Below, piece by piece: positions 46,790 to 60,821 of a DNA stretch of 64,000 nucleotides (its first letter is position 1; each line of letters starts with the position of its first letter). Location: assembly GCF_009914755.1 (NCBI RefSeq), contig NC_060929.1; one strand, 5' to 3'. The translations under genes were made by a program, and so were the position numbers. This DNA is from the human T2T-CHM13v2.0 reference genome, Homo sapiens. The notes beneath the pieces are model-generated. The model was given only the letters and a program-made list of their open reading frames with translations. It was not told the origin of the DNA and ran no database searches.

Positions 46790-48600
46790 CTTTCTGACTC
46801 CTTCCTTAGTGCTATGGCAAGCTCCAGTCCAGGCAAGTTGCAGCTTCTGGACTTTATTTATTATAGGCCACTATTTTGTCCAAGCCTCAAGAAATCACTC
46901 TTGCAGTGTATTGCTACAGGTATCCTTGCCAGGACACTGAGTTTTCTGATCAAGGAAGGGTGCTCCCAGGTCAATAAATTCACCATTATCCAGCTTTCTA
47001 TTCCACTCACCCACCCTAGTGCAACATCCTCAAGATCCACTTTCACAAGCTTATCCAGGTTCCTGCCTGTATACATTACCCAGGTGAATGGTTTGGCTCT
47101 GTGTCCCCACCCAAATCTCATCTCGAATTGTAATCCCCATGTGCTGAGGGTGGGGCCTGTAATCCCCATGTGTTGAGGGAGGGAGGTGACTGGATTATGG
47201 GGGAGGTTTCCCCCATGCTGTTCTCGTGATAATGAGTGGGTTCTCACGAGATCTGATGATTTTATAAGCATCCAGCATTTCCCCTGCTTACACTTCTCAC
47301 TCCCGCCACCCTGTGAAGGTCTTTGCTTCCTCTTTGCCTTCCACCATGATTGTAAGTTTCCTGAGGCCTCTGCAGCTATGCAGAACTGTGAGTCAGTTAA
47401 ACCTCTTTCTTTTATAAATTACCCAGTCTTAGGTATTTCTTTATAGCAGTGTGAGAACAGTCTAATACCCCAGGTCCTTCAGTTTCTTTAGTAAACTATT
47501 TCCTACTGCAGCAGGGATACATTTCCCCACCTGCTTGAGCCAAAACCTGACTCCAGTTATCATGGAGTCAGTTAATTGGAGATGGAAGGAGACCTTGAGG
47601 AAGACAGACATCACTTTGCAAAGCAAGATTCAGGTGAGGTATTTTCAGGGTCTCCTGGCAAGATGAGGCTGATGTCCCCAGCAAGGAGAAGAAGGCTGAC
47701 TTTGCTCTCCTAGAGGATGAAAATTAATCTAGTGACTCAATATTCTCAGACTTGTCTATCCTATCCCAGCTCTTAAGATTTTAAGCTTTTCCTATCAGGG
47801 TTCTAACTTTGAAATAGGAGATCTGTGAAGGCTTGGCGTTCTGTCTCCTCTATGACTTTGTCAACTGTTGTCTTAATCTTCAAGACAGTATTCCCTGTGC
47901 CTGCAGGAGATCAAATTCTTTTAACCATTGCTCTATTTCACCGTGGGCTTGAGTTGATAGTTGTCTAACATGACCCTGTCATTTTCTTATTTTGAGACTT
48001 TCAAAGCAGTTAACAAAAGCCAGTGAATTCCCCATTCCTTTACAATTATAATTGCCTCCATATTGTTCAAGGACCATAGTTACCACTTGACCCAGAGCCT
48101 CTCCCTTCCACCTGTACCTCATCCCAATCCACCACAGGTGAGAACCTTAATTGTGTTGCTGCTGGATCTGCACTTACCACTCAAGCTGTGATGGGAATGA
48201 TGAGAAAAACGTTCTTCTCTTACAGTGACCGTCCTGGCTACCTGCAAAGTATGCTTAGAATTCTAGATTCCTTTGAAGTCTGGGTAAAGATCTCCCAAGG
48301 GCTGGCTGATGGGGACATGGGGATTCTTAATCCTGTTCACCTACAACGTGCCATCCAAAGGGAACCTCAGAAGTAGTAATTGCCCACCTTTATGGGTTGT
48401 GCATGCATGACTGCCAAGCAGCTTTCCACAGGCATCACAGACTCTGGTGTCAGACAAGCCTTGGAGCAAAAGCTACAGATCCAGTGTCTGGGCTGAGGCA
48501 AGGTCAGGTTATGCCTGTGTGGAACTGCTTGCCTTCACCAGTGACTGGGGTAAGTGGCCAGGCCAAAAGGATGTGAAATGGTGCTCAAGAGTTCTGGTCC
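46790..48600 (-). mobile_element. Ancient ERVL internal 5' region plus LTR remnant
   Basis: Degenerate internal-like sequence; 48480-48600 resembles the LTR segment at 40870-40950. Confidence 0.4.
47085..47470 (+). mobile_element. THE1D/MSTA solo LTR
   Basis: TG.ATGGTTTGGCTCTGTGTCCCCACCCAAATCTC...CTAATAC with TSD CCAGG. Confidence 0.9.
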
Positions 48601-50399
48601 CCTGGAGGCCCTGACTGGAGCCAAGTGTCAGCACACGAAACATCATCAGCTCATTCTGGAGCATTTACTTTAACTCAAGTATTAATAAATAAATTGGAAG
48701 TCAATTCACAGATGCATCGGACCAGAACTAGGTCAAAGTCTATTTGCCTAATCAATGCCCTGGCTACCCTTTTGTCTGTGTGGTTGTACGGGGTTTGGTT
48801 TGAGTCTGAGGACCATGATCACAAGTCCATTTCTCAGTGGACTAAACAAGAAACCTGGCTAAAGATTCCCAGACTTATTAACGTCCTTCCCTTTACCCAG
48901 ATATTAGCTTGATGACAATTTCATTCATCAACCTAGGTTTGAACATAGTTTTCAGTGTCCAAATTCTTTCTGGATAGTTTATTTCTCTGTTCAGTTATTA
49001 GGTCTGTAATCTTTTGTATGATCTGTGTCCACATAAAAAATTACCAACATTTTCCCAACTAGTTTAGTAGTGAAAGTACCATCTAATTTAAAAAAAAATC
49101 TTCAGTGTGGGGGAAAAGGAGGACAGATGTGATTATTAGACTGTCATCATGGGTCTCTACTTGTTTTAAAAAGTTATAGCTACCTGAGGATTTTTTCAAA
49201 AGATTTTATTATGAAAAATTTTAAACATCCACAAAGTATAAATAATAAAATAATAAATCCCCGTGTCCCCATCAGCCAGCCCTTGGGAGATCTTTACCGA
49301 GACTCCAAAGGGATCTAGAATTCTAAGCATACTTTGCAGGTAGCCAGGATGGTCACTGTAAGAGAATGGTTTTTCTCGTCATTCCTGTCACATATTGAAT
49401 GAGTGACCACATTTCTACCTTAGAAATGGATTACTTCCCCTCTGGTGGGTTTGTTTGCTCAGGTTCCCTTTAACCAGAGGGTATCAGGGCCGGGGCCAGG
49501 CATGAGGCAAGATCTAGCTGTGCCCACCGGAGGGAGCAGTGTCCTCCTGTTTCACAGTAATTTGCTGTGGATTGGCCCTGATACTTGTCAAGAGTTTTAT
49601 TTAGCTCTGTTCTTCTCTTTCTGTTGGAATATCATTCATTTTTCTTGGACTGTGGGATGCGGTCCATGACCTTCACACTAGCTCTGGCATTACTGTCTGT
49701 AGTGTTTCGCAGTAAAAGAATTGGCATAACGTCACCCACCCTACCTCTACACTGTTTGACGTGCACATTTCCATCAGTCTAGGCTGCTCACTGTTTTCCA
49801 TCTCGGTTCTGGGAAGCCAGAAAAAAATTGGTTTGAAATTGAATTTTTAAAGTATGTTTTTCTAATGAAACTCCTAGATGGCCTTGATTGTGTTTCCAGA
49901 TCTCCTCTCATCTCGATTCTGTTTTCACACAGAGATGCAGTTGTTTTTCACAGTCTGGAGCATAGAAAAAATGTGGACTGCACTCTATGCTGATCAGAAC
50001 CTATATAGACCTCTGGATTTTATTTTGGGCACTGCATTTGAAAGGATATAATGGCAAACTGGAGTGGGGCGGGGGTGAGGGAGGGGAACTAACAGATAGG
50101 TCTGAGCAATATCTGATGAACAATTAACCATGTAGAAAAGAAGACCCAGGGGAGGCAGAGTAGCTATCTGCAAAAGTTGTGTTGAAATATAGCTGTGATT
50201 GGTGTGGGGAAGTTAGAGAAAGCAAATTTCAGCTTATTATAAGGTTAGATTAGAAACATCCAATAGTTAAACTAGACTGACTCATAAAGACGTTAGTTCT
50301 CCTTCCTGGGAGTCAGATAAATGCCAGGTAACATCTCTCAGGAATATACTTCGGGGCGGGGAGGGGAGTTCCTCATAATAGAAAACCCATCTAGAACAC

Positions 50400-50905
50400 T
50401 TATTTTCTTCCAAGTACTCTTCTAAGCACCTTTCCCTTATTATTTATTTAACCCTCATGACAACCTTATGAAATAGGCACTTCAGATCCACAGCTTTTAT
50501 CTGAAAACCTTAGGACCAAAATTCTTAATTTTTTGGATTTTAGAAAGGTATATGACACATACACCTTATGGTAGAAAACACCCCCATGGGGCTGTTCTCC
50601 ATAATCAAATACATTGATATTTATACAGTGAGGCATGTGAATTTTTGCATTAAATGGAATACTTTTACATGAGTTGGGTTACGTTTTGTTGCCAAATGAG
50701 TTCAGATCATCTCTTCCCACCAAAAAATTTTGAAATAATTTTAGGTTTTTGCATTCTGAATTGTAGAAAAGAGATTATGGACACATATTGCTATTCCCAG
50801 TTTACTCATGAAGAAACTGAGGCAGAGAGATTAAGTAGCTTGCTCAAAGTCATATGACTTCCACCCAGGCAGAAATCAGGTTTGAGCCCTGCTCTTAAGC
50901 ACTGT
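50400..50905 (-). mobile_element. MIR interrupted by a TcMar-Tigger fossil (~50483-50787)
   Basis: MIR core GAAGAAACTGAGGCAGAGAGATTAAGTAGCTTGCTCAAAGTCA; inverted ends on the insert. Confidence 0.65.
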
Positions 50906-51518
50906 GTGGACTGCCTCTCCCTGTGCTCTTCTGCCTCCTCTCTTTGAGGGGTTGGGCTTAGTTACCTGCAATGTCTCTAACCTTGTGCCTTCGATTCCCT
51001 GACCTCTGACTTCAGCCAGCCTCACTGGTTCCAGAGCGATACTCAGAGCTGTTCTCAGATACCAGACTGGAATAAACGAGAGACATATGGAGAAAGGAGA
51101 CCTCTTCCTATCCCAACAGGACTGTGTTTCACAGGAGGCATTTTAGTGTTGTTGTTCCCCAATGGCTAGGCAGAGGCAGACAAAGAGAACATTGTGTATC
51201 ATCATAATTTGTCTTCAATGACCTTTCTTTTTGTGTCATTCACCACCACCTGTTCCTCAAAACACCACCATGTGAACCCCAAGCCCAATGGCTCAGGCTT
51301 GCCCTCTTTCCACCCACGTTCCAGGATGGATTTTTCCAGGAACAGGACTAATGACTCTTAACTTTTCTTCTACCATCTAGAGATGGATTATAAGGTAGCA
51401 ACCCAAGAAAATGGGTTTGGACATTCAAATACTTGAGTTTAAGTCCAGATGTGCAAACTTGGGCAAAGCCATTTAACCTCATTCATCAACTTGTCAAATA
51501 GGAAAGATAATACTTACC

Positions 51519-51843
51519 CGGGATGAATTCCAGTTTTGGTGAGCTTGACATTTTCACTATTTGCTGGAGCCTTCTTTAAGCAAAAGAATAAAAATTTATG
51601 ATATGAATTGGGTACAAAATTGTGCGTTTATTTAGAAACAATTCTCTTGTTCACATAAGGGGAAATATGATGCATTAGGAGTTGAAGTGATCTTAACAAA
51701 AGGCTTTTTTTGGGTATAATTTACAAAATTATACAACCATGTAAACTTATTGATAGGGCCCCTTTCCAGAGTTAGAAAGGGGTCCATTCAACAAACAGTC
51801 CTGCAACTTAGAATTCATTAACAGCAAGGTAAATTTGCTTCTG
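51519..51843 (-). mobile_element. MER115/Zaphod-like hAT-Tip100 fossil inside a MIR
   Basis: AGGGCCCCTTTCCAG...TTCATTA...GGTAAATTTGCTTCTG end. Confidence 0.6.
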
Positions 51844-52992
51844 TATCAAACTCACAGAGTTGTAAGAATTGAATCACAAGATTAAATATATGCAAATGTG
51901 TTTTGTAATCATCAAACACGGTGCATAATTATTTTGATGCCTACAACTAAGCAAAAATATTTGTACCTAGAACAAAGCAAAAATATTTATTCAATAAATG
52001 ATAAAATAGATGAAATTTGCTCTCACCAAAGTAGTATACAAGCTAATTGTATTACATTTCCCTAGGCCTGAAAAAATTTATCAGAGTAATATATGTACAT
52101 ATTTTTACACAACAGTCCAATATTGATAAAAGATTTGCAACCAAATAGAACAAGCCCATGTCCCACCCCTCATATTTTCTAATTCCACTTTCCAGACTCA
52201 ATACATTTCCTCCATATTGCTAACTAATATGTGCTATATTGTTTTTCCTGATTTATCAACCTTGAATATTGTCTGGTGACTCTCTATTATGGCATTATTC
52301 ACTTTCTTCTTCCCATTCTCTCAATATAGTTATAGGACAGTTCTTCTTATAATATGAAATATTGTTTATGGCTGAACAAAATAGTGGGCTATGATTTTAC
52401 GTCCTTCTACATACCTCTAAATAATTGTGTTATTTTTCATTTGCTTAGTTTTCCATTTTACCTATACTTGGGTTTTCCCACTGTCTACAATAGCATTTTA
52501 TGTATCTTTCCACTCAGTCAAATTCCCCACGCTGCAGAGAGCCATGGAGCCCTCCATCCCTCTGCTCCAGACTAGTCTTGCTGTCTTCTGTGCAACAATA
52601 TGGAACTTCATGTGCTATCATGCTGGAAATTTCCATCATCTCTCTCCTAAACTGGATTTCCTATGTTTTCTATCTTCCTCTGTTTTGGTTGCGTCTTTTT
52701 GGTGGTTCTTATTCTCTAGTAGCTTCTAAGGAAAGGTCTATGGGAGGTACATTAACTGAGACTCTACATGTGCATATCTCAAAATATCTTTATTCTAGCC
52801 TTATAATTAACTGATAGTTTAGACGGATATGGAATTCTAGGTTTAAAACAATTTCACTCAGAATTTGGAAGGCATTTCATTGTCTTCTAGCTTCTGATAT
52901 TGCTCTAGAGAAGTTCTGCCATTCTCATTCACAATCCTTTGTATCTGATGACTTTTCCTCTTTGGAGATGACCTATGATTCCACAATAACAT

Positions 52993-53800
52993 GTGGTAGG
53001 TTAGATTATTATTCAAAATATTCACTTTTCTCCCTCACCCTGACTTACTTTGGCTAGTGGGATATTAGCAAGTATGTTGCAAGTAGGGGCTTGAAAAACA
53101 CTTGTGTGGTTGGGCTTGTTTTCTTAGGCTTATGCCATCAGAAGCACAGAACAAACAGGCTGATGACTAGCCCACTGGTTCTAGAAGGAGGATGAGTAAC
53201 ACATGGAGCAAAGCCAAACCCTCCTGGCCAAGCTCAGCCTGAATCAGCAGAGCTGCACAGTGGAGCCCAGCTTGGATCTGCCAACACTCAGCTGATTCAT
53301 AGATCAATGACAATAAACGACTGTTATTTTAAGCCACTGAATTTTTGGATGTTTGTCATATAACATTTTGTGGCAATAGCTTTTGGTATCAGAAATTAGT
53401 ATCTAATTGGTATTAGAAATTGATATTTGTAGTGAGGTATAGGCACAAGAAAACAAAAAAATAAGTGGCATTGGTTTGGAGGCTGGATGATGGGCACAAG
53501 AAAACTGTTATAGGAGGCTGGAAAGAAAATGGTAATCTGTGTTTTGCAGGGATGAGACATTTTCTAAAACTGTCACCTTTGGTAACTTGGAAGTTAGCAT
53601 ATGTACCTAAAAATATTTGGATTTGTGCTGAGAAGTCTTCATGCACAATGATAAAAGTGTGAGCTAGTTGTATTTAGCTGCATATAATAGGTACTAGAGA
53701 TGAGTTCAGAAAAGAACCAGCCAGGTTTCAAGGAACATGTAGGTGGAATGCAGGGAGCCCAAGAATTCTGGGACTTGCTGAGTTGGAAAATAAACTTTTG
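52993..53800 (+). mobile_element. MLT1H/J-type LTR plus start of MLT-int
   Basis: TGTGGTAGG start; AATAAACGACTGTTATTTTAAGCCACTGAATTTTTGG; followed by TTTTGGTATCAGAA internal start. Confidence 0.65.
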
Positions 53801-54852
53801 CATCTCCAATATAGTTGGCAAGTCAGCTATATTGGGCCTTCTGTCCTGGAAGGTTCCACAGTTCATCCTCACAGGGTTAGATACCTCTCCTGGCTTTAGA
53901 TTTGCCTTTCCTTGCCACAGAGCTTCAGCAAGCCCCACTACCTGGGGCCGATCTGTAGTCATGGAAGCACACACAGCATAATATTGACCAGAGGATCACT
54001 TCATCGCAAAGGAGGCTTGGGAATAGGACAATGACCATGGGATCCACTGGTCATATCAGATACTGTATCACCTAGATGGAGCCAGCCTCATAAAGCATTG
54101 GAATGGTTACTAAAGGCACAGCTGGAGCTCCAGCTGGAGGCAATGCTCTGAAAGAACAGGGTACCATCCTGCAGGATGCACTGTATACATTAAACTGGGG
54201 TTCTCCATGTGGTGCTATGTCCTCAACAGGAAGAATACATGGGTCTGAGAACCAAGAAGTGGAAGCAGGAGTGGACCCACTTATCATTTCCAATGACCTC
54301 CTGGGGAACTTTGTGCTTCTTGTCTCTACAACTCTGGGCTCTATGAGATTAGAGGTTTTGGTCCTCAAATGAGGTGCAGCTTGGCAGGAGACACAGCAAG
54401 TATCCCATTGAACTATATACTATGGCTGCCACCAGGGCATTTTGGACTCTTTCTATGAAGAGACCAGCAGGTGAAAAGAAGAAATCATTGACTTCCATCA
54501 GCAGAAAGAGGTGAGGCTGCCTGTACACAATGGGACAGGGAGGAAGGAATGTGTATGGATCCCAGGTGATCCCTGTGGTCAAGTTTTTCTGTAGTCTTGC
54601 CCAATCTGTGATGTGACTGCCAACAGCTAAGACCTTCTGGAATAAAGATAATGAAGATAATAAAGAGGGGGAGGGGAATTTAGATTGGATAGTGCAGGTA
54701 GGAGAAGATGACTATGGGTTGCGATCTCAAGACAAGTGGCGGCACTAGGGGCTATAGTTCCTCCCATTAACTTCTCTCTTCTAAGTATTTCCTCAAGAAG
54801 AGGGCCCACAGGAGCCATGGGGAACTGGATCTATGGAGGAAAAGAAATGGAC
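53800..54852 (+). mobile_element. ERVL internal remnant: integrase core and dUTPase-like segment (decayed)
   Basis: Frame-broken translation resembling ERV-L DQGTHFTAKE..HGIHWSYH..WNGLLK..LQDALYTLN and GDT..IPLN..LPPGHFGL. Confidence 0.7.
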
Positions 54853-55280
54853 TGTGGCAGTCCTGGAGGTACACTGCTTAGATGTCCCTTTAAGATAGTC
54901 GGCCATGGAAAGCATAGCTGAGTGACAGCTACGTAGAGGCCATACTTCCCTTCGACTGCTCCCAGCTGATCACTGAATAAGATGAGGACAGTAGAGCCAC
55001 TTGTGCCTACCTGATGTGAGGCTACTCTAATGAACAGCCTTTGCCTCAGACACTAACACTCCTTTGTTCTGGCTGGACACAGTGTCACAGTTTCTCAGAA
55101 CTGTGCTGCAGCCTGAAGCTTTTCCTAGGCAGGACTTTCTTTCCTCTCTTCTTTCCCAGGTAGCAGACCTGCATTATATTCTTCTGCTCTGCATTCCTTT
55201 ATCCTTCACAGGCATTTCTCCCAATAAATCTCTTGACTACCTAATCTCATCTTGACATCTAAGAGGATCCAAAATGACAT
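54853..55280 (+). mobile_element. LTR16-family ERVL LTR
   Basis: Purine tract, then TGTGGCAGTCCTGGAGG; CCCAATAAATCTCTTG...ATGACA end. Confidence 0.75.
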
Positions 55281-55371
55281 AAATGCCACAGCATTTCTAA
55301 TTGAAATAATAATATGACTTAGTATGGTTTGAATTCATTGTGCTGGACACTTGGGAGACCCTTTCAGTTGA

Positions 55372-55853
<482 letters not shown>

Positions 55854-56362
55854 CAAAATTCTCTTTCTGGAACTCCTATTAGTTGGATGTTGACCCCCAG
55901 GATCAAGCTTCTAATTTTCCTATCTTTTTTCCTCTATTGCCCACATCTTTGTCTTTCAGTTCTGTTTTCTAAAAGACTTCCTCAACTTTATCATTCAACT
56001 TTTCTAGCAACTTTTAAAACTTCAGCTTTCTTACTCTTAATTTCCAAGAGCTCTTTCTTATTTTCCAGTTACTTGTTTTCTATATTATTCTGTTTTCCTT
56101 TCATGAATGCACTTTCTCTTCTTATCTAAGGATGTTATTTCTAGTTTTGTCTTTGAAGTGTTTATTTATTCCCTACCTTGTCTCTACTTCCTCTAAGTAG
56201 CCTTTTCTGTTTTGTTTTTGTTTTGTTTTGTTTGGTTTGACTTTTGTGTCTGTCTTTCATGTAAGGAAACTTTTTCAAATGTCTACTGATTTTTGACTAT
56301 CTGTTCTTATTTGAGAGTGAAGCACTAGCCAGCTAAATGACAAGTCTGTGGGCTTGGGAGGG

Positions 56363-56506
56363 TTTTAAAAGCACTTATCTAAACATCTAGTAATACAGGT
56401 CCAAGGACATTTATGAAGAAAAGGAGACTGAATATTTAAAATAGGTACCATCCTTGGAAATTTTGAGTCTGGGGGTGACCTCTCCTCAGCCTCCTCTTGT
56501 CCTGAA
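56363..56506 (+). repeat. Diverged copy of 58024-58171, embedded in antisense old L1
   Basis: About 80% identity by eye, e.g. AACATCTAGTAATACA.GTCCAAGG and CCTTGGAAATTT.GAGTC. Confidence 0.85.
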
Positions 56507-57915
56507 AACTGTCACCCTCCTTGGTTCCACTGCAGTGTGTATGGCAGTAAGGTGGCTTTGTCAATGGGAGAAACTCAGATGTCAATATCTGTTAGAATTC
56601 TCTCTGGAGAATTGACGTCTGGAGAGAAGAATCTTCCGGTCTCCCTCTTGAAGGGTATAAGCCTAGCTGCTGGCATTTTTGCAGCTGAGATGAGGAGAAC
56701 ATTTGCATCATTCAATATTTTTACTCTGGATTCTAACCCCCATCATATACTAGAAACTTCTGGTTCAGTTTTTCCTCCAAAAATATTTGTAAGGAAGGGT
56801 TTTCATCACTTTTTTTGGGCTATGGGTGAGGACTATATGTTTATTAAATAGATTTTGAACAAATCTCTCTATTTTTATCAGTTGCCTCACCCCAACTAGT
56901 GCTCAAAGCCTGGGCACTAGTTTGAGAGTTCGTACAGGACAAAATCAGTTTGCTTCTTGGTGATTTCATTCTCTGCAGGTTCTTACATTTCACCTTTCTC
57001 TATTCCGCTAAGGCCAGAGTCCTCTAGTTGCTTTTTGTCATCATGTATTGTGATGTGCGCTTCTGTTTCTCATCTTTTTGCTGACAGGGGAAAGGAGAGA
57101 TAAGGTCTTTTCTCCATCATCTTAAGCTGAAAGTCTTCCAGGTTATTTTCATGTTAAAAGAGAGCATGCCTAATTCATAGCTAGCTTGTGCAGAACACCC
57201 CAGGAGAGACTGGCCTAGCAGGGCTGGGAGGACCCACAGGGGTGAACAAATGCAGCTGGATTGAAAGACAAGAGCAGAAAGCATGATTGAGCTGGGAAAG
57301 AGCTCTTTTCCAAATGGCCTATTCAAAAATGGGATGGGAACTGCAAGTGGGTTGAGGTGCACTCAGTCAACTAGAGAAGAAGAAACAGATATGAGATGCT
57401 CTGGCCAAGGCAGAGTCAAGGTGGACGCAGTTTATTTGAACTCCTGTCCAAGCTATTCTAGTGGCCATGTCAGATCCGCCTTGATGCCATCTGTTCTCAG
57501 TGTCTTCACGCAAAGTAAGAAGCACAAGCAGTGGAATTCCAGTGTCAGCAAGTGGCCCTCTGTGTACCCTGCAGAAAAAGGCTCCCTACGGAAACATAAA
57601 GTCACACCTTTGCTCCAGCTAAGAGCTCCACTTTGCCCTCATATTTTGTGGATCTTGTCCAACTTGAGCATTTTTCACCTGAAGGATTAAAATAGGGTGT
57701 GGTTTATGTGGGGGTAAAATGGCTACAGATTGATCATCATTAAAGCCAAGGAGAGACTTTTTTTCATTAAAGCAAAGGGGAGACTTCAAAGTCTGAGAAA
57801 GGCAAGGAGGACACCAAATCTACAGACTAACCATAGCAAAAGCACAGACATGCTGCCCACCCAGAAGCACTGGAAATAAGCATGGTTGCCAAGGTAGCTG
57901 GAAAGACCCTTTCTA

Positions 57916-57961
57916 TTAGGTTGGTACAAAAGTAATTGCGGTTTTTGCTATTAAAAGTAAT
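57916..57961 (+). mobile_element. MADE1 (Hsmar1 MITE), partial
   Basis: TA-TTAGGTTGGT.CAAAAGTAATTGCGGTTTTTGC.ATT TIR. Confidence 0.85.
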
Positions 57962-58984
57962 ACTTAAAAAAAGTAATAACTTCCCTACTCCCCTTGGACT
58001 TCCCATGATAATAGTGACACAATTTTTAAAACTATTTATCTGAACATCTAGTAATACAAGTCCAAGGGCATTTATGAGGAGAAGGAGACAAGTGAATATT
58101 TGAAATAGATATTGTCCTTGGAAATTTGGAGTCCGGGGGGTGGCTTCTCTTCAGCCCCCTCCCATCCTGAAGCCACATGGATGGTTTCTTGTCCCCACCC
58201 TTCCCTACACCTTCCCTCTGGCCCTGCTTTTAGGTCTTAAATGGATTAAATTTTTGGGACAGGTGACACTTTTCCCTCTTGTCCCTCAGGGTGGTTTTTC
58301 TGTTGTTTTTGTTTTTGCTTTCTCCCATAGCTTGTATATTTCAAGTATAAAAATTATGTGAGGATGATCCGCCTGGAAGCCCTTTCCAGAGCTGAGTATT
58401 TCCAGAACAGAAGTAAGCAGGCTTCTTTCATTCTAAAGTCTACTGTGATTTTTAACAGGGTTTCCTTATTTCCTATCAGTTTGTTTATCAAAGACTCCAG
58501 CATGGAGTTTATTTAGGAAAAACAAATGACTTTTTAGGTTCCACTACTTGGCTGAGAGGAATTCATGTTTTAGGAAGCCCCAGATGGGAAAGCCTTGTTG
58601 TTTTCTTCTTTGAAATGATCTGCATTTTCAATTTTTTTCTACTTGCTTTTATTTCCCACAATCCAGACTCGCCTTTTCTACTTTGCCTATCCAACGATCT
58701 AAAACACTATGTAAAGATACAGATAAGTCTTGTTGATTCTTTTAAACATTAGCCATAATCCAAAAAAGAAAAAAGTCTTAGGACTGTAGTCCTAACAGCA
58801 CAAATTTTAACCCTGACCAAAGCAATTTCTATTTTAATTTAGGTTATTTGAGCTGAATTTGCAGGGCGAAGTGGTCATGGGTAAAACTAACCATTAGTTA
58901 CCTCAAGCTTGCAACAATGGCAAAGAAATGTCAAGCCATTAATTAAAATGACTCCCACGGCCCCTCCTGGAATCAAGTCGTTCC

Positions 58985-59392
58985 CAGTTAGTCAACATCT
59001 GTCACAATCTGTGTAAAAGGGCAGAACACGCTATACCCCAGCACATTAAGTTAGAACACAGAGGTCTTGGGTCACTGCCAGAGTAACTTGTCTGTGGCAT
59101 GATAGTTGCTAAGCGAAACAGAGCATTCTCTGCAGGGAGCCCCCCTGGACTGAGGCTCCTTCTCTTCCCCTTTATTTCTTGCTAGGCCAGCAGGAGCCAG
59201 GCCGTGGCCTGCTGACTGCATCTGCCAGATGACTACCAATGTGTGAGTAAACCCATTCTCAAGCCCAAGAGAACCTCTCAGCTGAACCAGGCCCAAGTTG
59301 CTCACCCACTGAACTGCCAGTTAAATAAATGGTGGTTGTTTTAATCCACTAAATGCTGGGATGGTTTGTTATACAGCAGTAGGTATCAATAC
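58985..59392 (+). mobile_element. MLT1F/G-type LTR
   Basis: AATAAATGGTGGTTGTTTTAA.CCACTAA...GTTTGTTATACAGCA...ATACA end. Confidence 0.7.
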
Positions 59393-60486
59393 AGTGTACT
59401 TGTCAATCTAGGAATTCCTGTCTTGTCAAATCTGAGAAAATTCTCAGTCACTGTCACTTCAAATATTACTTCTTTCCCATTTTCTATTCACTCATTCCAA
59501 AACTCCTAGTGGATGTCTTTTCTGTCATTTCTGGTTCTGTCTTTTGTGATCTTAAACTTTCATTCATTGTTTTTCCATTTTTACTTCCGTGTTACATTTT
59601 GAGTCATTTCCTTAGTTCCAGTTTGCTTATTTTCTATTCAACCATTAAATATTTCTATTTAGTTTTAAGTTTCAGTGGCTATAAGTTTCATTTATAAAAG
59701 AACTATTTGGTTATTTTCTAAATCTGCATTTTGTTTTCACATGTTTTTCTGTTTTTTAATTTGTATTTTCCTTTGCCCTTGTAAATCATTTAAAATGTAC
59801 TTATTTTATAATCATCTGTGGCTTGATCTGTTTCTTTACTTCTTGGGCATTACTTTTTCTGTTAATTTCATGATCTGACCCTCAAGGTGGTTTCCTCCTA
59901 TGGTTTGTAATTTTTATTATGAGCTTATTTTCAGCAGGGATTTCTCCCCTCTGGTGAAGATCTGTATGCCTTGGGTAATGTGATTGTCACTTCACTATGC
60001 CTGCAAGTTTGCTTCTGATGGCATCCTACCGATATCACCAACTCTCAACCAGCTCTAATGTTTCTTGGTATTTCTGCCCACAGTGAAAATTCAGAGCTCA
60101 CTTCAATGCATGGCATGGGCTTGGCTTCAAGTTTTTCTGTATGACCTTTTTTTAAATTTATTTTTATTTTTTTAAACCTATAGCCCAAGGACACGGGAGC
60201 TTTTTTTCCTGATTTGTTTTTGCCAACACTGTAGCCCTCAGGAACTCAGATTTTGCAAAGTGCTCAATTCCAGTTGCCTTCCTTACTCACACCAGAGACA
60301 ATATTTTATTGGCCTGCAAGGGTGTTAAAATCCCAAGGGTGTTAAAATCCCCAGATCTCCAGGGCCTATCATTGGTCCAAACCCTGCAGAGGCTACAGTG
60401 ACATTAGCCCCTACTTACTGCCCAGCCTCTGAGCTCCCTCTTTGTTTCTAGAATCTGGGGATTTCCCTTTCTCTCTGTCTAGAGAT

Positions 60487-60821
60487 TGTTGTGCTGGACC
60501 CCTATTGACTCCAATAGGAATGGCACCAGGTTCAAGAGGCCAAAGAAGAGACCTGGAGCCAGCAAATGAGACATAAGATTTGATTTGGGGGAACTTATGT
60601 ACAGGGATGGACTAGTGGCAGTGGGCTGGATAAGAGAACCACAACTGCTTTCCAAAAGCCTGCAGTTTATACAGCACCTTCACTCAGCACCCTCTCTCCA
60701 GCAACATCCACATGGCAACCCCCATTTCCTAGGCTAAGTTATTGCTGTCAGATGTGTTTGCCATACAGGCTGCTGTACAGAGTATGCTTAAGTTATTGCT
60801 GTCAGGTACATCCACCGTATA
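60487..60821 (-). mobile_element. LTR32-like ERVL solo LTR (internally deleted)
   Basis: GGACCCCTATTGACTCCAATAGG.ATGGCACCAGGTTCAAGAGGCC and repeated TAAGTTATTGCTGTCAG. Confidence 0.7.

Noticed and set aside
47130-47175. Repeated TGTAATCCCCATGTG inside the LTR
   Set aside because: As I recall, part of the THE1D-type consensus rather than a locus-specific event
60317-60350. 17-bp tandem duplication CAAGGGTGTTAAAATCC
   Set aside because: Common slippage event with no functional motif evident
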